64,000 bases of DNA from Macrostomum hystrix (lineage: Eukaryota > Animalia > Platyhelminthes), in contig CATNEN010000038.1 of assembly GCA_950097015.1 (NCBI GenBank), positions 6,448,001 through 6,512,000 of the forward strand, written 5' to 3'. Every line of letters begins with the position of its first letter. Within the stretch, counting starts at the first letter, position 1. Both the position numbers and the translations under genes were made by a program. The notes under the pieces were generated by a model, which ran no database searches, was not told where the DNA came from, and worked only from the letters and a program-made list of their open reading frames with translations. Of this stretch, positions 12,701 to 25,217 are shown piece by piece.

Positions 12701-15700
12701 CATATCTCTCCTAGATTCTTACATCTCTCCTAGATTCTCATATCTCTCCCAGATTCTCATATCTCTCCTAGATTCTCATATCTCTCCTAGATTCTCATAT
12801 CTCTCCTAGATTCTCATATCTCTCCTAAATTCTCATATCTCTCCTAGATTCTTACATCTCTCCTAGATTCTTACATCTCTCCCAGATTCTCATATCTCTC
12901 CTAGATTCTCATATCTCTCCCAGATTCTCATATCTCTCCTAGATTCTCATATCTCTCCTAGATTCTCATATCTCTCCTAGATTCTCATATCTCTCCTAGA
13001 TTCTCATATCTCTCCTAGATTCTCATATCTCTCCTAGATTCTCATATCTCTCCTAGATTCTCATATCTCTCCTAGATTCTCAAATATCTCCTAGATTTTC
13101 ATCTCTCCTAGATTCTCATCTCTCCCAGATTCTCATATCTCTCCTAGATTCTTACATCTCTCCTAGATTCTCATATCTCTCCCAGATTCTCATATCTCTC
13201 CTAGATTCTCATATCTCTCCTAGATTCTCATATCTCTCCTAGATTCTCATATCTCTCCTAAATTCTCATATCTCTCCTAGATTCTTACATCTCTCCTAGA
13301 TTCTTACATCTCTCCCAGATTCTCATATCTCTCCTAGATTCTCATATCTCTCCCAGATTCTCATATCTCTCCTAGATTCTCATATCTCTCCTAGATTCTC
13401 ATATCTCTCCTAGATTCTCATATCTCTCCTAGATTCTCATATCTCTCCTAGATTCTCATATCTCTCCTAGATTCTCATATCTCTCCTAGATTCTCATATC
13501 TCTCCTAGATTCTCCTAGGCCAGGCGCTCACCTGATGTACTTGGACGGCCGCATAGTTTTGGGTCCTTCCTCGCCGAGCAAATGCAGAGTCTTAACAGCC
13601 AACACCGGGTGCTCGCAGTCCTCAATGAACTCGCACAGGTGTGACAGGCCGGCCTCCTTAGACTCTGGATTCTCTTCGATCACGGATAGCAGAGCTTCGA
13701 CAATCGATCGCTTATAATCGTAGCTGCCCTCCTCTCGCAGCATCTGACTGAGGAAGGTCATCATGACCGCCTGCTTGCGCGGATATTTGCTGCAGAGGGC
13801 GCGGACACTCTGAACTACAACGATTTTGAATTCGTCCGAAATGTCCGTCATGAAGGTGGAGATCTGCTTCATTAGGCGATCGACCGAGGCCTCGGAGCCT
13901 GTCTTCAACAGCGTCGTGATGGCCAAGGTGGCGATGGACCTGACAACGCAGAGGGAGAAATTAATCTAGTTATTAGTTTGGTTGATCTAGTAAGCTGAAA
14001 ATAATTTTTTATCGATCGCACGATACGACCTTTTATCTCATTTTAAAATCCCTATTTCAGATTTTTTATAGTATTATTCCCTTAAAATAATTTATGACCG
14101 TAAAATTGTCCGCCGAAAAGCCAGCTAAAACTGTAACTGTCCTTCTAAAAATTCTCCTAAAACTGTCCACCTAAACAATCCTCCTAAAACTGTCCACCTA
14201 AACACAATCCTCCTAAAACTGTCCTTCTAAACAATCCTTCTAAAACTGTCCTTCTAAACAATCCTCCTTAAACTGTGCACCTAAACAATCCTAAAACTAC
14301 AAACCTAAATAATCCTCCTAAAACTGTCCACCTAAACAATCCTCCTAAAACTGTCCTTCTAAACAATCCTCCTAAAACTGCCAACCTAAACAATCTTCCT
14401 AAAACTGTCCTTCTAAACAATCCTCCTAAAACTGTCCTTCTAAACAATCCTCCTTAAACTGTCCACCTAAACAATCCTCCTAAAACTGCCAACCTAAACA
14501 ATTCTCCTAAAACTTTCAACCTAAAAAATCCTCCTAAAACTGCCTACATAAACAACCCTTCCGACTGTTCACCTAAAACAACCCTCCTAAAAAGTCCTGA
14601 AAGAACCCTCTAAAAATATCAAAGCGGAAACTATAATTTTGAAATAACGCTTCGAACTCTGTCCACTTTTTACGGCTTTTCTACATATCATAATGAAATA
14701 ACAAACTGTAAAGACGTCCTCTGAGAACCGGCTTTAAGAGGCCACTGAAAACAGAAAATCTAACCCATCCCTCCTAGACTAATCAAACTAATTTTTTAGA
14801 ACAACACACTAAACACAATGGCCAAGAGTTTTCGGTCCCAAAAGTGCTTTAGTGTGCTACTAAATCGCATCGAAATCGCACCTGTTTGAGTCGGAAATGA
14901 GCTGCTCCAGGTCTAGATTGCAGGCGGTCACAGCTGCCGGATGCTTCATGGCCACCTGGTTGAGAGTTCGCACAGCGGCGAAGCGCAGCACAGCCTTCGG
15001 CGAGCTCAGGAACATCTGCAGCACGGAGACTGCCGGAGCTAGGTCCTTGGCAGAGGTCTGCTCCAGTGCCACGATGGCGCGGGCGGCTTCGTACACGACT
15101 AGCTCGGATTTATTGCGCAGGCAGCTCTCCAGGAACTCGAAGGAGGCGGCGTCCTGCCCGGAGGAGCTCTCCTGCAATGAGATTTTGAGTACAGGATGAG
15201 ACAGGGACGAAATATAAGATCCTAGATGAGATATGAGATTCTGGAATGAGAGATAAGATTCTAGAATGAGAGATGAGATTCTGGATTGAGAGATGAGACT
15301 CTGGGATGAGATATGAGATACTTGGATAAAATATTAAATTTTGGGATGAGATATTAGATCCTTGGATAAAAGATGAGATTCTAGGATGAGATATGAGATA
15401 AAGGGATAAGAGATGAGACCATGGGATGAGATATGAGATTCAAGTGCAATAAGGACAAAGCCTAGTTTAGCCTAGTCTAGCTAAAGCCAACCCACCTGAA
15501 TTAGTCGGCTAGCCACACGAATGAGGTAGCAATAGGCCAGTGGCGATCTCAGCGAGCTCTTGCTGTACTTCTGCACCAGTTTAGTCACGGCTAGCCTGTC
15601 TGATCTGCGAATCTGATGCAGCAGTCCCAGGGCGTGGTACTGCACCATAACCGAGTCCGAGTTCACAGCCTCTTGAACCTCGTTGCTCCATCGCCGCACC

Positions 15701-18064
15701 ACATCCTGGCTAGTGCGGAACATCTGGTAGGCGCTGACCAGGGCGGCGCTGCTAACTGGCGGCGAACGGTCCACAATGGCCTGCTTCATGAAGCGCTCGA
15801 TGCTCTGCAGCATGCCGGCGTCTGTGATGCGACACAGGGCCCTGATTGACGGCGCCCGGAATGCGTCCTCCTTGCCTGCTCCGGGCAGGTATGGGTCAGG
15901 TAAAAATGATATGAAAAAAAATAGATTTAGGATATTAAGTTCGGAAGAATGGATTTGAGGCGACGAATTTGGCAAGATAAATTTAAGAAATGGATTTCGA
16001 ATGATTTGGGAAGACAAATTTGGGAAGATGGATTTGGGAAGACAAATTTGGGAAGATGGGTTGGGGAAGATGGATTTGGGAAGATGGATTTGGGAAGACA
16101 AATTTGGGAAGATGGATTTGGGAAGATGGATTTGGGAAGACAAATTTGGGAAGATGGATTTGGGAAGATGGATTTGGGAAGATGGATTTGGGAAGATGGA
16201 TTTGGGAAGATGGATTTGGGAAGATGGATTTGGGAAGATGGATTTGGGAAATGGATTTGGTATGATGGATTTGGGAAGATGAATTTGGGAAGACAAATTT
16301 GGGAAGATGGTTTCGGGAAGATGCATTTGGGAAGATGGATTTAGGAAGAATAATAAAAAAATAGTTATATCTTTACAGATTTGATAAATAGAAGATTTAT
16401 TACGGAATAATTGAATCAGTTTTCAACAATATTACATTTTCTAATCTAAAGATAATTAAGGAAAGCCATTTGAATGAACAAAGCATGTCGGGCATTGGAC
16501 AGGTTTGGTCAATAAAGCAATGCGCTGCTTCAAAGAAAATTTTAGATCGATATTTTTTAAAATACCCAGATTGAGATTTCCAGAACAAGCTGATAACAAC
16601 TGACCAGTCATGTCCTTGGTGAGGCTGCTAGTGACAATGATGACATCCTCGGCTACATTGGCCATCTCCTTAATCACAATATAAACTAGGCGACGCAGGT
16701 GAACGTCCTTGTTCTGGAACAGTTTGGTCATGGCAAAGAATGCCTCGGTGGCCTCCGTACGGCCGAGCTGCTCGCCCTGGCCCAGAATCACCAGCATCTT
16801 CGTCAGGATCTCCGTGCATCGGCGCACCTTCAATGGGGTCTCGTTGAACACGCGGGCCTCCTGAAGTACGGTGCTCTTCTCTAAGCCAGTGTAGAGGCTG
16901 GCCCGGCCTTGGTGGGAGTTGATGGAGAAATCAGAACAATAGCAACATTGCAAATTTTGCTGATTTAGAAAATTAGTCTTTGAAATAGGAGGGATGCAAG
17001 CCTTGTGGGAGAAGTTGGACACTATGTAAGTTGTTAACTATGCAAACCAACAACTGTCAGATGACATGGTGACCAATAATTATAGACTTGATGGCATAAC
17101 ATGAATACATGAATAAAGTAGGCAGTATATTTGGAGACACAGGGTATCATAAGCTGCAGATTCCTTATCAAATCAGGCTATTGAAAAAATTCTGTGTACT
17201 AGTATTGTGACAGTAATATGTTTTTCTTACTCTAGTTTTACTTTAATAATAATAATAATAATTACATGAAGGCTGCGGGCACTGGCATAGCATTCGGTGA
17301 CACTAGACCCGCAGTCACTGATTAGGCAATTTTGAACCATTTTGCTGGACTCTAAGCACACATGCACATGGATACCATATGCAGTCGCACGCTCATAAAA
17401 GTTTGAACATGTGTCATGATTTTCATGATGTTAGGCAGCATTCACTTTCACTGTGCCATGGAGGTTGGCACTTAAGGGCATAAATGGTGATAAGCCCCTA
17501 AGCCTTCTATCTACAGCTGCAGATCAAATAACTGTGGCCTTGACATGGACACAAGCTCAGGAACATAGGTGCAAGAGACTAACACATTAGAGGCAAGAGA
17601 CAAACACATAACACTATTGTCTTGAAATACTTGACATTGTATGATTGTTCATTGTAAAAAAATAGAAGTAAAAAATTATTATACAAATAACCAGTGCAGT
17701 AGACATGCAATTATGGTGACCTGTGACCATAATCCACGACACTCTTATCTAAGCAATAAGGCAAATAAAAAATACAAATATTTCTTATAATTATTTGCTA
17801 TCTAATAAATAAATATTTACACTGATACACTGTTATAAATAAAAGTGCAAGTGTGTAAGTCAGAAAGATAAACTTCTGAACAATGAATCAATCAAGGAAT
17901 AATCAAAGCATCGAGTTCGTGTTGATGTCGATGACTTTGTGAAACAAGCAGTGAAAGCTAAATAACAAGATAGATAATGTGAACTGAAAAGCGTGAATTA
18001 GAGAACAAATAGGCAAGCATAAGTAATATATACCTTCTTCTTCATCCTTTTTATCACGTCGCAT
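9799..18064 (-). CDS. COPG: Coatomer subunit gamma; exons (5'->3') 18064-18034, 16907-16605, 15875-15496, 15171-14882, 13939-13532, 12438-12169, 11748-11355, 10344-9799
   Basis: N-terminus [80 protein letters not shown] and C-terminal appendage [12 protein letters not shown]. All seven GT-AG junctions are phase-consistent. Confidence 0.97.
10400..11110. repeat. 37-bp minisatellite (gagatgggattctgaaatctgggatttaaaatccgac)n in COPG intron 7
   Basis: About 19 tandem units. Confidence 0.95.
11750..12142. repeat. Two related arrays in COPG intron 6: 20-bp (gggagtgagatatggaactg)n and 22-bp (agaaatagaactggcagggatg)n
   Basis: The two arrays fill essentially the whole intron from acceptor to donor. 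Confidence 0.9.
12515..13517. repeat. 19-bp minisatellite (tctcctagattctcatatc)n in COPG intron 5
   Basis: About 52 units ending ~15 nt from the donor. A variant block recurs at ~12575, ~12648 and ~13080. Confidence 0.95.
14150..14590. repeat. 27-bp minisatellite (aaacaatcctcctaaaactgtccttct)n in COPG intron 4
   Basis: Tandem units read directly. Confidence 0.9.
15176..15440. repeat. Degenerate ~20-bp array (gatgagatatgagattct..)n in COPG intron 3
   Basis: The array starts at the acceptor region of exon 4. Confidence 0.75.
16000..16346. repeat. 14-bp minisatellite (gatttgggaagatg)n in COPG intron 2
   Basis: Tandem units read directly. Confidence 0.95.
17245..17580 (-). mobile_element. SINE family A diverged copy in COPG intron 1
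   Basis: (taa)n followed by 'attacatgaaggctgcggg...cactgtgccatggaggttggc...aagccttct' is colinear with 520-790. Confidence 0.7.
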
Positions 18065-19319
18065 AGTGGAAAGAAAAAAACAATAACGTTTTGTGAGTCA
18101 ATGACAAAGATATACAGCAACAATTTAAGTATAAGAAAGGGCCTGTTTGTTCTAAGAAACGAGAGCTGGTTCGTCAGCGGTCTTTAAAACTATTAACCAT
18201 GAGAAGTAACAAAGTATAGTCATATTTTAAGTATATATTGTGCCTTTAAGCTTATATATTCTTTTGTAAGTAACAATATAAATTATATTAAAACATTTTT
18301 GAATAAGGAATAAGCATATTGTGATGAATGAGGAACCGTTTTATAATCAGTTTTTTATGTAGAGCATCACTCCCGGTTCGACTTAAAAAAACTCTTGCTG
18401 CAGTTTATTAATTCAAGAATTAAAAAGTGCTAAAAGAGTAAGCCTTATGCTTGGTATGGCTATTACATTTTTCCAAAGAGCTTTAACAACAGTTTCTATT
18501 TTTTTTACTTTATAACTTTATGTATGTATATACGTTGAGTTCAAGTGCTCTCAAAAATTAGATCACCCGCCTAATCTTCACAGCTTTTTTCCCACTACAT
18601 GCTCGTGCAAGCGCCTGAAATGAGCGTAAGATATTTAATTAACCAATAACACTTCTTCATTTCACATTAATTTTTTTCCTTCATCTAATGCAAGTCGTGT
18701 TTAATTTCTTTTTTTTCAGATCTTGTTATTTCTACTCAGAGTAGACTTGTGCGTATAAGACATGAACTATTGTACTCAGCCGGCGGCCGATTGCACCAGC
18801 TTGCTAGCAAATTGCTTTAAGTATGTGGTGCGGCGGCAATTCCAACAGGGCTGGTCCGGAGCTAATGGGTTAACTGAATTCTTCAATAATACACCCCATT
18901 GGCACAAACTTGACCAGCCTTTTTGCAGCCCATTTTCAAGCATTATAACGCATTTCATGACAGTTAAAATTAATAAAATAGACACATACACATGTAAGAC
19001 AGAAGTCTCGAAGTTTTATAAATGTTAATGTATTTTTGTGTCAAGCAATAACGCGCAGTTAAATGCAAAAAAAGATATTTTTTTCCAATACTACTTGTAG
19101 TAGTTAAGAGAAAAACTCGCAAATCGTCAAAAAATCTTTATTTAATGAAGAAATTAAAACTAATATAATAGTCGCAAAATATATTTATATACATTTCTTT
19201 GTTGCTAAATAGCCATAATAAACCATGTACACTTGCTCCGATCAACTTTCGTCAAGTTGAGGAGTTTAAAGCAGATTAAAGATTAAAGCACAACGGTGTT
19301 AAATAGCACACAGAGCACG

Positions 19320-20165
19320 CAAGGACCACTTAGAGTAGAAGGATGGGAAACTACGTTTCTTAGAAAAAAATTATAGGCCGGTTTTCTAAAAAAAACACTA
19401 TGGAGATAGGAAATTTTCACTTTTTTCAGATTTAAATGGCGACAGCTTTTGATTGGTAGCAGATATGAAGCTGTTATTTTGATGTAACTTGCCTGAGTTG
19501 TTGCTCTACCGAATTTTACAAAGTTTCGTACTTGAAATTTTGATCTTCATACGATTTTCTTTACTTATAAAGATCCAATTCGTCGACAATGTTTTACGTT
19601 ATTTTTATAGCTATAAATTCTTAATGAGCCTAACTTTAGACGTTTGATGATCAGCTGTAGTTTTTTAATAACATAATAACATTTTCCTTATTCATCGAAT
19701 TGTAGCTTGTAGGTCTTGTGAAGTAGCAAGTATTTTATATTAATAAAATAAATAACAATGAGTAAAAAAATATAATTAAATTTAAGCATGGCTTTGTATT
19801 TAACCTAGGAATAAATAGCTAATATTAATTAATATGTTAAAAAAATAATTATTAATTGCAAGAGGAACACAAGTAAAAGGTCGATCAAGCTAATTTTACT
19901 AGTCTGTATTGTGTTTTCAATTTCAGACTTATGAAACGTTATTTAGTAATGAAAACCGAATGAAGATCGGATTTTAATGTACAAAACTTTATAAAAATTC
20001 GGCGGAGAAACAAGTAAAGCAAGTTATATCAAAATCACAGCTTTGTATCTGCTTCCAATCAAGTGAAAATTTCCTATCTTAGTAGTGTTTTTTTCGCGAA
20101 AACCAGCCTTTAATTTTTTTTCTAAGAAACGTAGTTTCACGTCCATCTACTCCTAGCGGTCCTTG
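19320..20165. mobile_element. Non-autonomous DNA transposon (MITE), hAT-like, with long imperfect TIRs
   Basis: Ends are CAAGGACC... and ...GGTCCTTG. About 240 bp of inverted similarity (gaaactacgtttcttagaaaaaaa / ttttttctaagaaacgtagtttc; gataggaaattttcactt / aagtgaaaatttcctatc). The 8-bp TSD is agagcacg / agagcacc. Confidence 0.85.
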
Positions 20166-21929
20166 AGAGCACCAAATGCACTACACGAGGATTCGAATCC
20201 ATGACCCTCGGTGCGATAGTCTGAGAAAAATTCAAGTAAAAAAACCCTTGCAGTGATTTAATTGATAAAAAATAAACTCAAGTCAAATTGAATGACAGGC
20301 AAAACTGCATCTACGAGCATTTATGGTTTGAATTATCAATTCAAATTCGAGTACCAACCTGACCGAAAACTTGGAAGCTCGTATTGAAATACAATTTGTT
20401 TGTAATGGCTTTTCATTGAATATTTGTACTAAGACTTAATGGACTGGCTAAATAGCCAATTTTTATAATTGACAAGCTAACATCAATTAATATTATATCT
20501 AATTGACAAAATATTTATGAATACACAATTTAAACATTAATTCGCAGACAAAGCAATTCAGACGCAATATTACCAATTAACAGCAGCTAAACACGATTTA
20601 GGGTACTCGGTAACTAAAATATACTATAAATCCTAAGCAATACGAGAGATACATACGAGTAATTAAGCGGAAGTAAAACAGAGAAACGTTGCAGAATCGC
20701 AGCACATGATCTTAGTACGTGCAAAGCATTTATGGGAATTAAACGGTTCTAAGGCACGTAGAAAACTGTCAAATATTATAATTACCGTAAGTTTCTCGCA
20801 CTGCTTCCATTCAATGTTCTCACATTTCTACTTACAGTGGAGTAGTTAGTAGTTTTGTATTGTCGCACCCAGTCAAAATACGGTCGATAATTTCCTACAC
20901 CCGTTAGCCAATCCGCACCGCAAGCACTTCGCTATTCCAATCGAAGGATTATAATTTACAATTGCTTAACAATCTGTCTGTCAGTTGTTGTTTTATTTAC
21001 TTTACGAGCCTAATTCCAAATATTTTCAGGTTTAGTTACGAGTCGTACATGCAAAAAAGAATAGTACTGATTAAAAACACACGATTCACACAAAGTAGTG
21101 ATACACAAAAACAATAAAATATGATAGAGAAAAAACACTAGTCACCAAGAAACCTGAGTGAAGCCAGAGAAGTAAATTAAATCTATATTTGATGAATAAA
21201 ATATAATGTAACAGTATTCCAGATATTTAAAATATATTAAGAAACTTAACAGTAACAGTTATTAATTTCTGCAACAAAGAAATTTATAATTTATAATTCA
21301 AAATAAGCCAAAAAGTCGACAGGGCACACGTTATACGCATTTTTGTATAGAAATGCAGTTTTAATTCATCTGATAAATATATTCAAGAAGATAAACAGAT
21401 ATTTAGGCTATATAATTTAATAAACTGTCACAGAGAAATCAACAATTATAAAATCACCAGATTAAACTGCTTACTCACTACTTGCGTGAAGCAAAAGTAG
21501 TAAGTTATGCACATTGAAAATTAAGTCATGGAATGAGGCTTTCAAAGTGGCTATGCTGTAATTGTAATCAATCATCAGACACTGAGCGTCTGACGGTGAT
21601 GGCTTCTGATAATCTTCTAACCCTTTGGGTCGAGTGGCTGATGCTCTGATTCTGCTGTTGCCGACTGCTGCAGCTACTGCTAGTGCTTCCAGTCTTGGCG
21701 AAAAACCCAGGTGACACATCTGCTTTATTCGAGAGAAAAACGCGAACATTCTTAGAAATTTTTTAAATAAATGCCGCAACAGCGGCCCATTAAAAACCTT
21801 TACACTAACACATACCAAGAGAATTATCAATGAATTTTTGAGGAAGTAATTAGTGACTAAAATTAAATAAGTAAAGAAAAACAAAACTAAAAAATAAACT
21901 AAACACCAGATAAACACAATCTGGATTCT

Positions 21930-22765
21930 AACTGTACCCCGATCCCTAAATTGTACAACGATCCCTAAACTGTACAACGATCTCTAAACTGTACAACGAT
22001 CTCTAAACTGTACAACGATCTCTAAACTGTACCCCGATCCCTAAACTGTACCCCGATCCCTAAACTGTACAACGATCCCTTAACTGTACCCCGATCCCTA
22101 AATTGTACAACGATCCCTAAACTGTACAACGATCTCTAAACTGTACAACGATCTCTAAACTGTACAACGATCTCTAAACTGTACAACGATCTCTAAACTG
22201 TACAACGATCTCTAAACTGTACCCCGATCCCTAAACTGTACAACGATCCCTAAACTGTGCAACGATCCCTAAACTGTACAACGGTCCCTTAACTGTACCC
22301 CGATCCCTAAACTGTACAACGGTCCCTTAACTGTACCCCGATCCCTAAACTGTACAAACTGATCCCCAAAACTGCAACCTGATCCTCAAAACTGCAACCT
22401 GATCCCCAAAACTGCCATCTGATCCCCAAAACTGCAACCGGATCCCCAAAACTGCCATCCGATCCCCAAAACTGTCACCTGATCCTCAAAACTGTCACCT
22501 GATCCCCAAAACCGCCACCTGATCCTCAAAACTGCAACCTGATCCTCAAAACTGCAATCTGATCCTCAAAACTGCAACCTGATCCCCAAAATCGCAACTT
22601 GATCCTCAAAACTGCAACCTGATCCTCAAAACTGCCATCCGATCCCCAAAACTGCCACCTGATCCCCAAAATCGCCACCTGATCCTCAAAACTGCAACCT
22701 ATCCAAAACTGCGACCTGATCCCCAAAACTGCCACCTGATCCCCAAAACTGCGACCGGGTCCCCG
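21930..22765. repeat. Compound minisatellite: 19-bp (ctaaactgtacaacgatcc)n grading into 20-bp (gatccccaaaactgcaacct)n
   Basis: The unit switches at ~22360. Confidence 0.95.
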
Positions 22766-23149
22766 AAATATCTAGCCGCAAAAGGTTATGGCAAATTGAA
22801 ACAAATAGGCCAACAGCCACAACAAGCAAAACAACATCCGCAACAATTGCTCCTATGACAATATTAGAACAAATACAAATAAGGTATAATGGGATACACT
22901 AAACAAATGTATACTTGTATAAATATATTCTATTTAGAAAACACGAGTTTTTTACTTGCTTACTTAATCTGAAAGTTTTTTTGCGTTTAGAGTTTTATGT
23001 AGTGTAGAATGCTAAAATTGAATAAACTATAAAAAAGTGACCGTTTTCTAATTCAGGGGACTTGGCAAAACTAGATCGTATTAAACGTGCCTGCAATGCC
23101 AATGTGCATATAATCATACAGATAATGGGATTTTAAAGTGGAAACACTA

Positions 23150-23471
23150 ATTGAGGATCTGGTATTTGGCTAGCCCCTAGACTGAGGATCTGGGATTTAG
23201 CCAACCCCTAGACTGAGGATCTGGGATTTGGCCAGCCCCTAGACTGAGCATCTGGGATTTGGCCAGCCCCTAGACTGAGGATCTGGGAGGTTGCCAGCCC
23301 CTAGACTGAGCATCTGGTTGATTGCCAGCCCCTAGACTGAGAATCTAGGAGGTTGGCAGCCCCTAGACTAAGGATCTGGGAGGTTGCCAGCCCCTAGACT
23401 GAGCATCTGGGAGGTTGCCAGCCCCTAGACTGAGCATCTGGGAGGTTGCCAGCCCCTAGACTGAGGATCTG
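23150..23471. repeat. 31-bp minisatellite (cccctagactgaggatctgggaggttgccag)n
   Basis: About 10 units abutting the end of SLC35C2 coding exon 2. Confidence 0.9.
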
Positions 23472-25217
23472 AACTCACTAGTCACGCGGGCAGAAGCGGC
23501 GGCAGCCTTGAGGCCGCAGTGCAGCCCGATGCCGGACAGGCAGAGCGCCATGCCCGCCCAGTTGACCGGGTTGATGACGTCGCCGTTGATGGCGGCAGCC
23601 AGCACGATGGTGCAGATCTCCTTGAAGATGCCGGACACGGACAGAGTCAAGGAGCTGGTGCGGCTGAGGAGCAAGTACTCGGAGCACTCTAAGCCGAAGG
23701 CCAGAAAAGCTCCGAGCATCAGGATTCTCATGGTGCTGAAGGCGGCGGCTGCACTGGAGGCTCGGAACAAATTAGCAGTGGTGGCAATTTCAGTGCCCTC
23801 AAAAGCCACACACAATGGCAGCAGAGCCAGGACCATCCAGGGCTGCACATGATAGATCATGTCTATTGGGTTAGCCAGGCCGAGTTCCGAACGCTGAGTG
23901 ACCACCTGGGCGGCAGTCCAACGAATGCCGGACACGAATGACGCGGACATGACTAACAGGAAGCCGCCAGTGTGAAACTGGGTGCTCTTGTAGGTGAATA
24001 GGAACAGGCCTAGTGCTATCAGCATGATCACCAGCACCAGGGTCCAGCGCTGCGGGTTAGGGATTAAAAGCAGTTGAAGGACGGGTGGAACGAAGCAACG
24101 GAGGTCAAGCTGAAAGACTGCTGAAAAGTAACGGAAGGACGGATGAAAATTTATGAAGCGAAAGGTCAGGTGGAAAGTAACGGATGTTAGTTGTTGGATA
24201 GGTGGAAAGTAACGGATGTTAGTTGTTGGACAGGTGGAAAGTAACGGATGTTAGTTGTTAGACAGGTGGAAAGTAACGGATTTAAGTTGTTGGACAGGTG
24301 GAAAGTAACGGATGTTAGTTGTTGGATCGGTGGAAAGTAACGGATGTAAGTTGTTTGACAGGTGGAAAGTAACGGATGTAAGTTGTTGGACAGGTGGAAA
24401 GTAACGGATGTTAGTTGTTGGATCGGTGGAAAGTAACGGATGTAAGTTGTTGGACAGGTGGAAAGTAACGGATGTTAGTTGTTGGATCGGTGGAAAGTAA
24501 CGGATGTAAGTTGTTGGACAGGTGGAAAGTAACGGATGTTAGTTGTTGGACAGGTGAAAAGTAACGGATGTTCGTTGTTGGACAGGTGGAAAGTAGCGGA
24601 TGTTAGATTTTGGACAGGTGTAGAGTAAAGTTGATCAACGGATAAACCAGTAGAAAGTAACGAAGGTTAATTGTGGGACACGTGAAGGTAACGGAGGTTA
24701 GTTCATCGGACGGGTGGAAAGTAACGGTGATAAGGCTAAAGAAAAAGCGACTAACTTTTTCTTCCAGTCTCAAGTAAATGGCAAAAAGCAAGATGAAGAC
24801 AACGGCTGTAGATTTAGTCATTGTGTATAGCGACACTGTGACAAACTCGAAGCTCCAGTTGGAGAGGCCAATGTCAAGCGAGCTTGCAATTCCGGCAGGC
24901 GACACCCGCCGACAATAAGCCTTCCAGGGCAGCTCGATGCGCTGAGCATTGTTGAGCCGCTCCAGCACCTCGCGAATCAGCCAGGCAATGAGGAATTTGA
25001 CGCACAGGTGCAGCACGGTGATTGACAGGGGATACGGGTACATTGTGATGTACTTCTTATTGTAGAAGGTCAGCGTGATGGAGAAGCTATAGAACACCAC
25101 GATTAGGAGTAGGTTCTGGATCATTTCCAGCAGCATACTAGCAGGCTTCGGCGAACGCTGCTGCTGCTGTTGCTGCTCGGCCGAGTTGCCATGCAGCTGG
25201 TGATAACGGTGCGTCAT
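23456..25217 (-). CDS. SLC35C2: Solute carrier 35 member C2-like nucleotide-sugar transporter; coding exons 25217-24756 and 24049-~23479 (C-terminus uncertain; possible last exon ~21560-21695)
   Basis: Motifs FSITLTFYNK, LDIGLSNWSFEFVTVSLYTMTKST, SGIRWT, NPIDMIYHVQPWM and TSSLTLSVSGIFKEICT. Junction EEK|gttag...cgcag|RWT is phase 0. An upstream in-frame ATG exists at 25301. Confidence 0.92.
24165..24730. repeat. 32-bp minisatellite (ggacaggtggaaagtaacggatgttagttgtt)n in SLC35C2 intron
   Basis: Tandem units degenerating at both ends. Confidence 0.95.
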
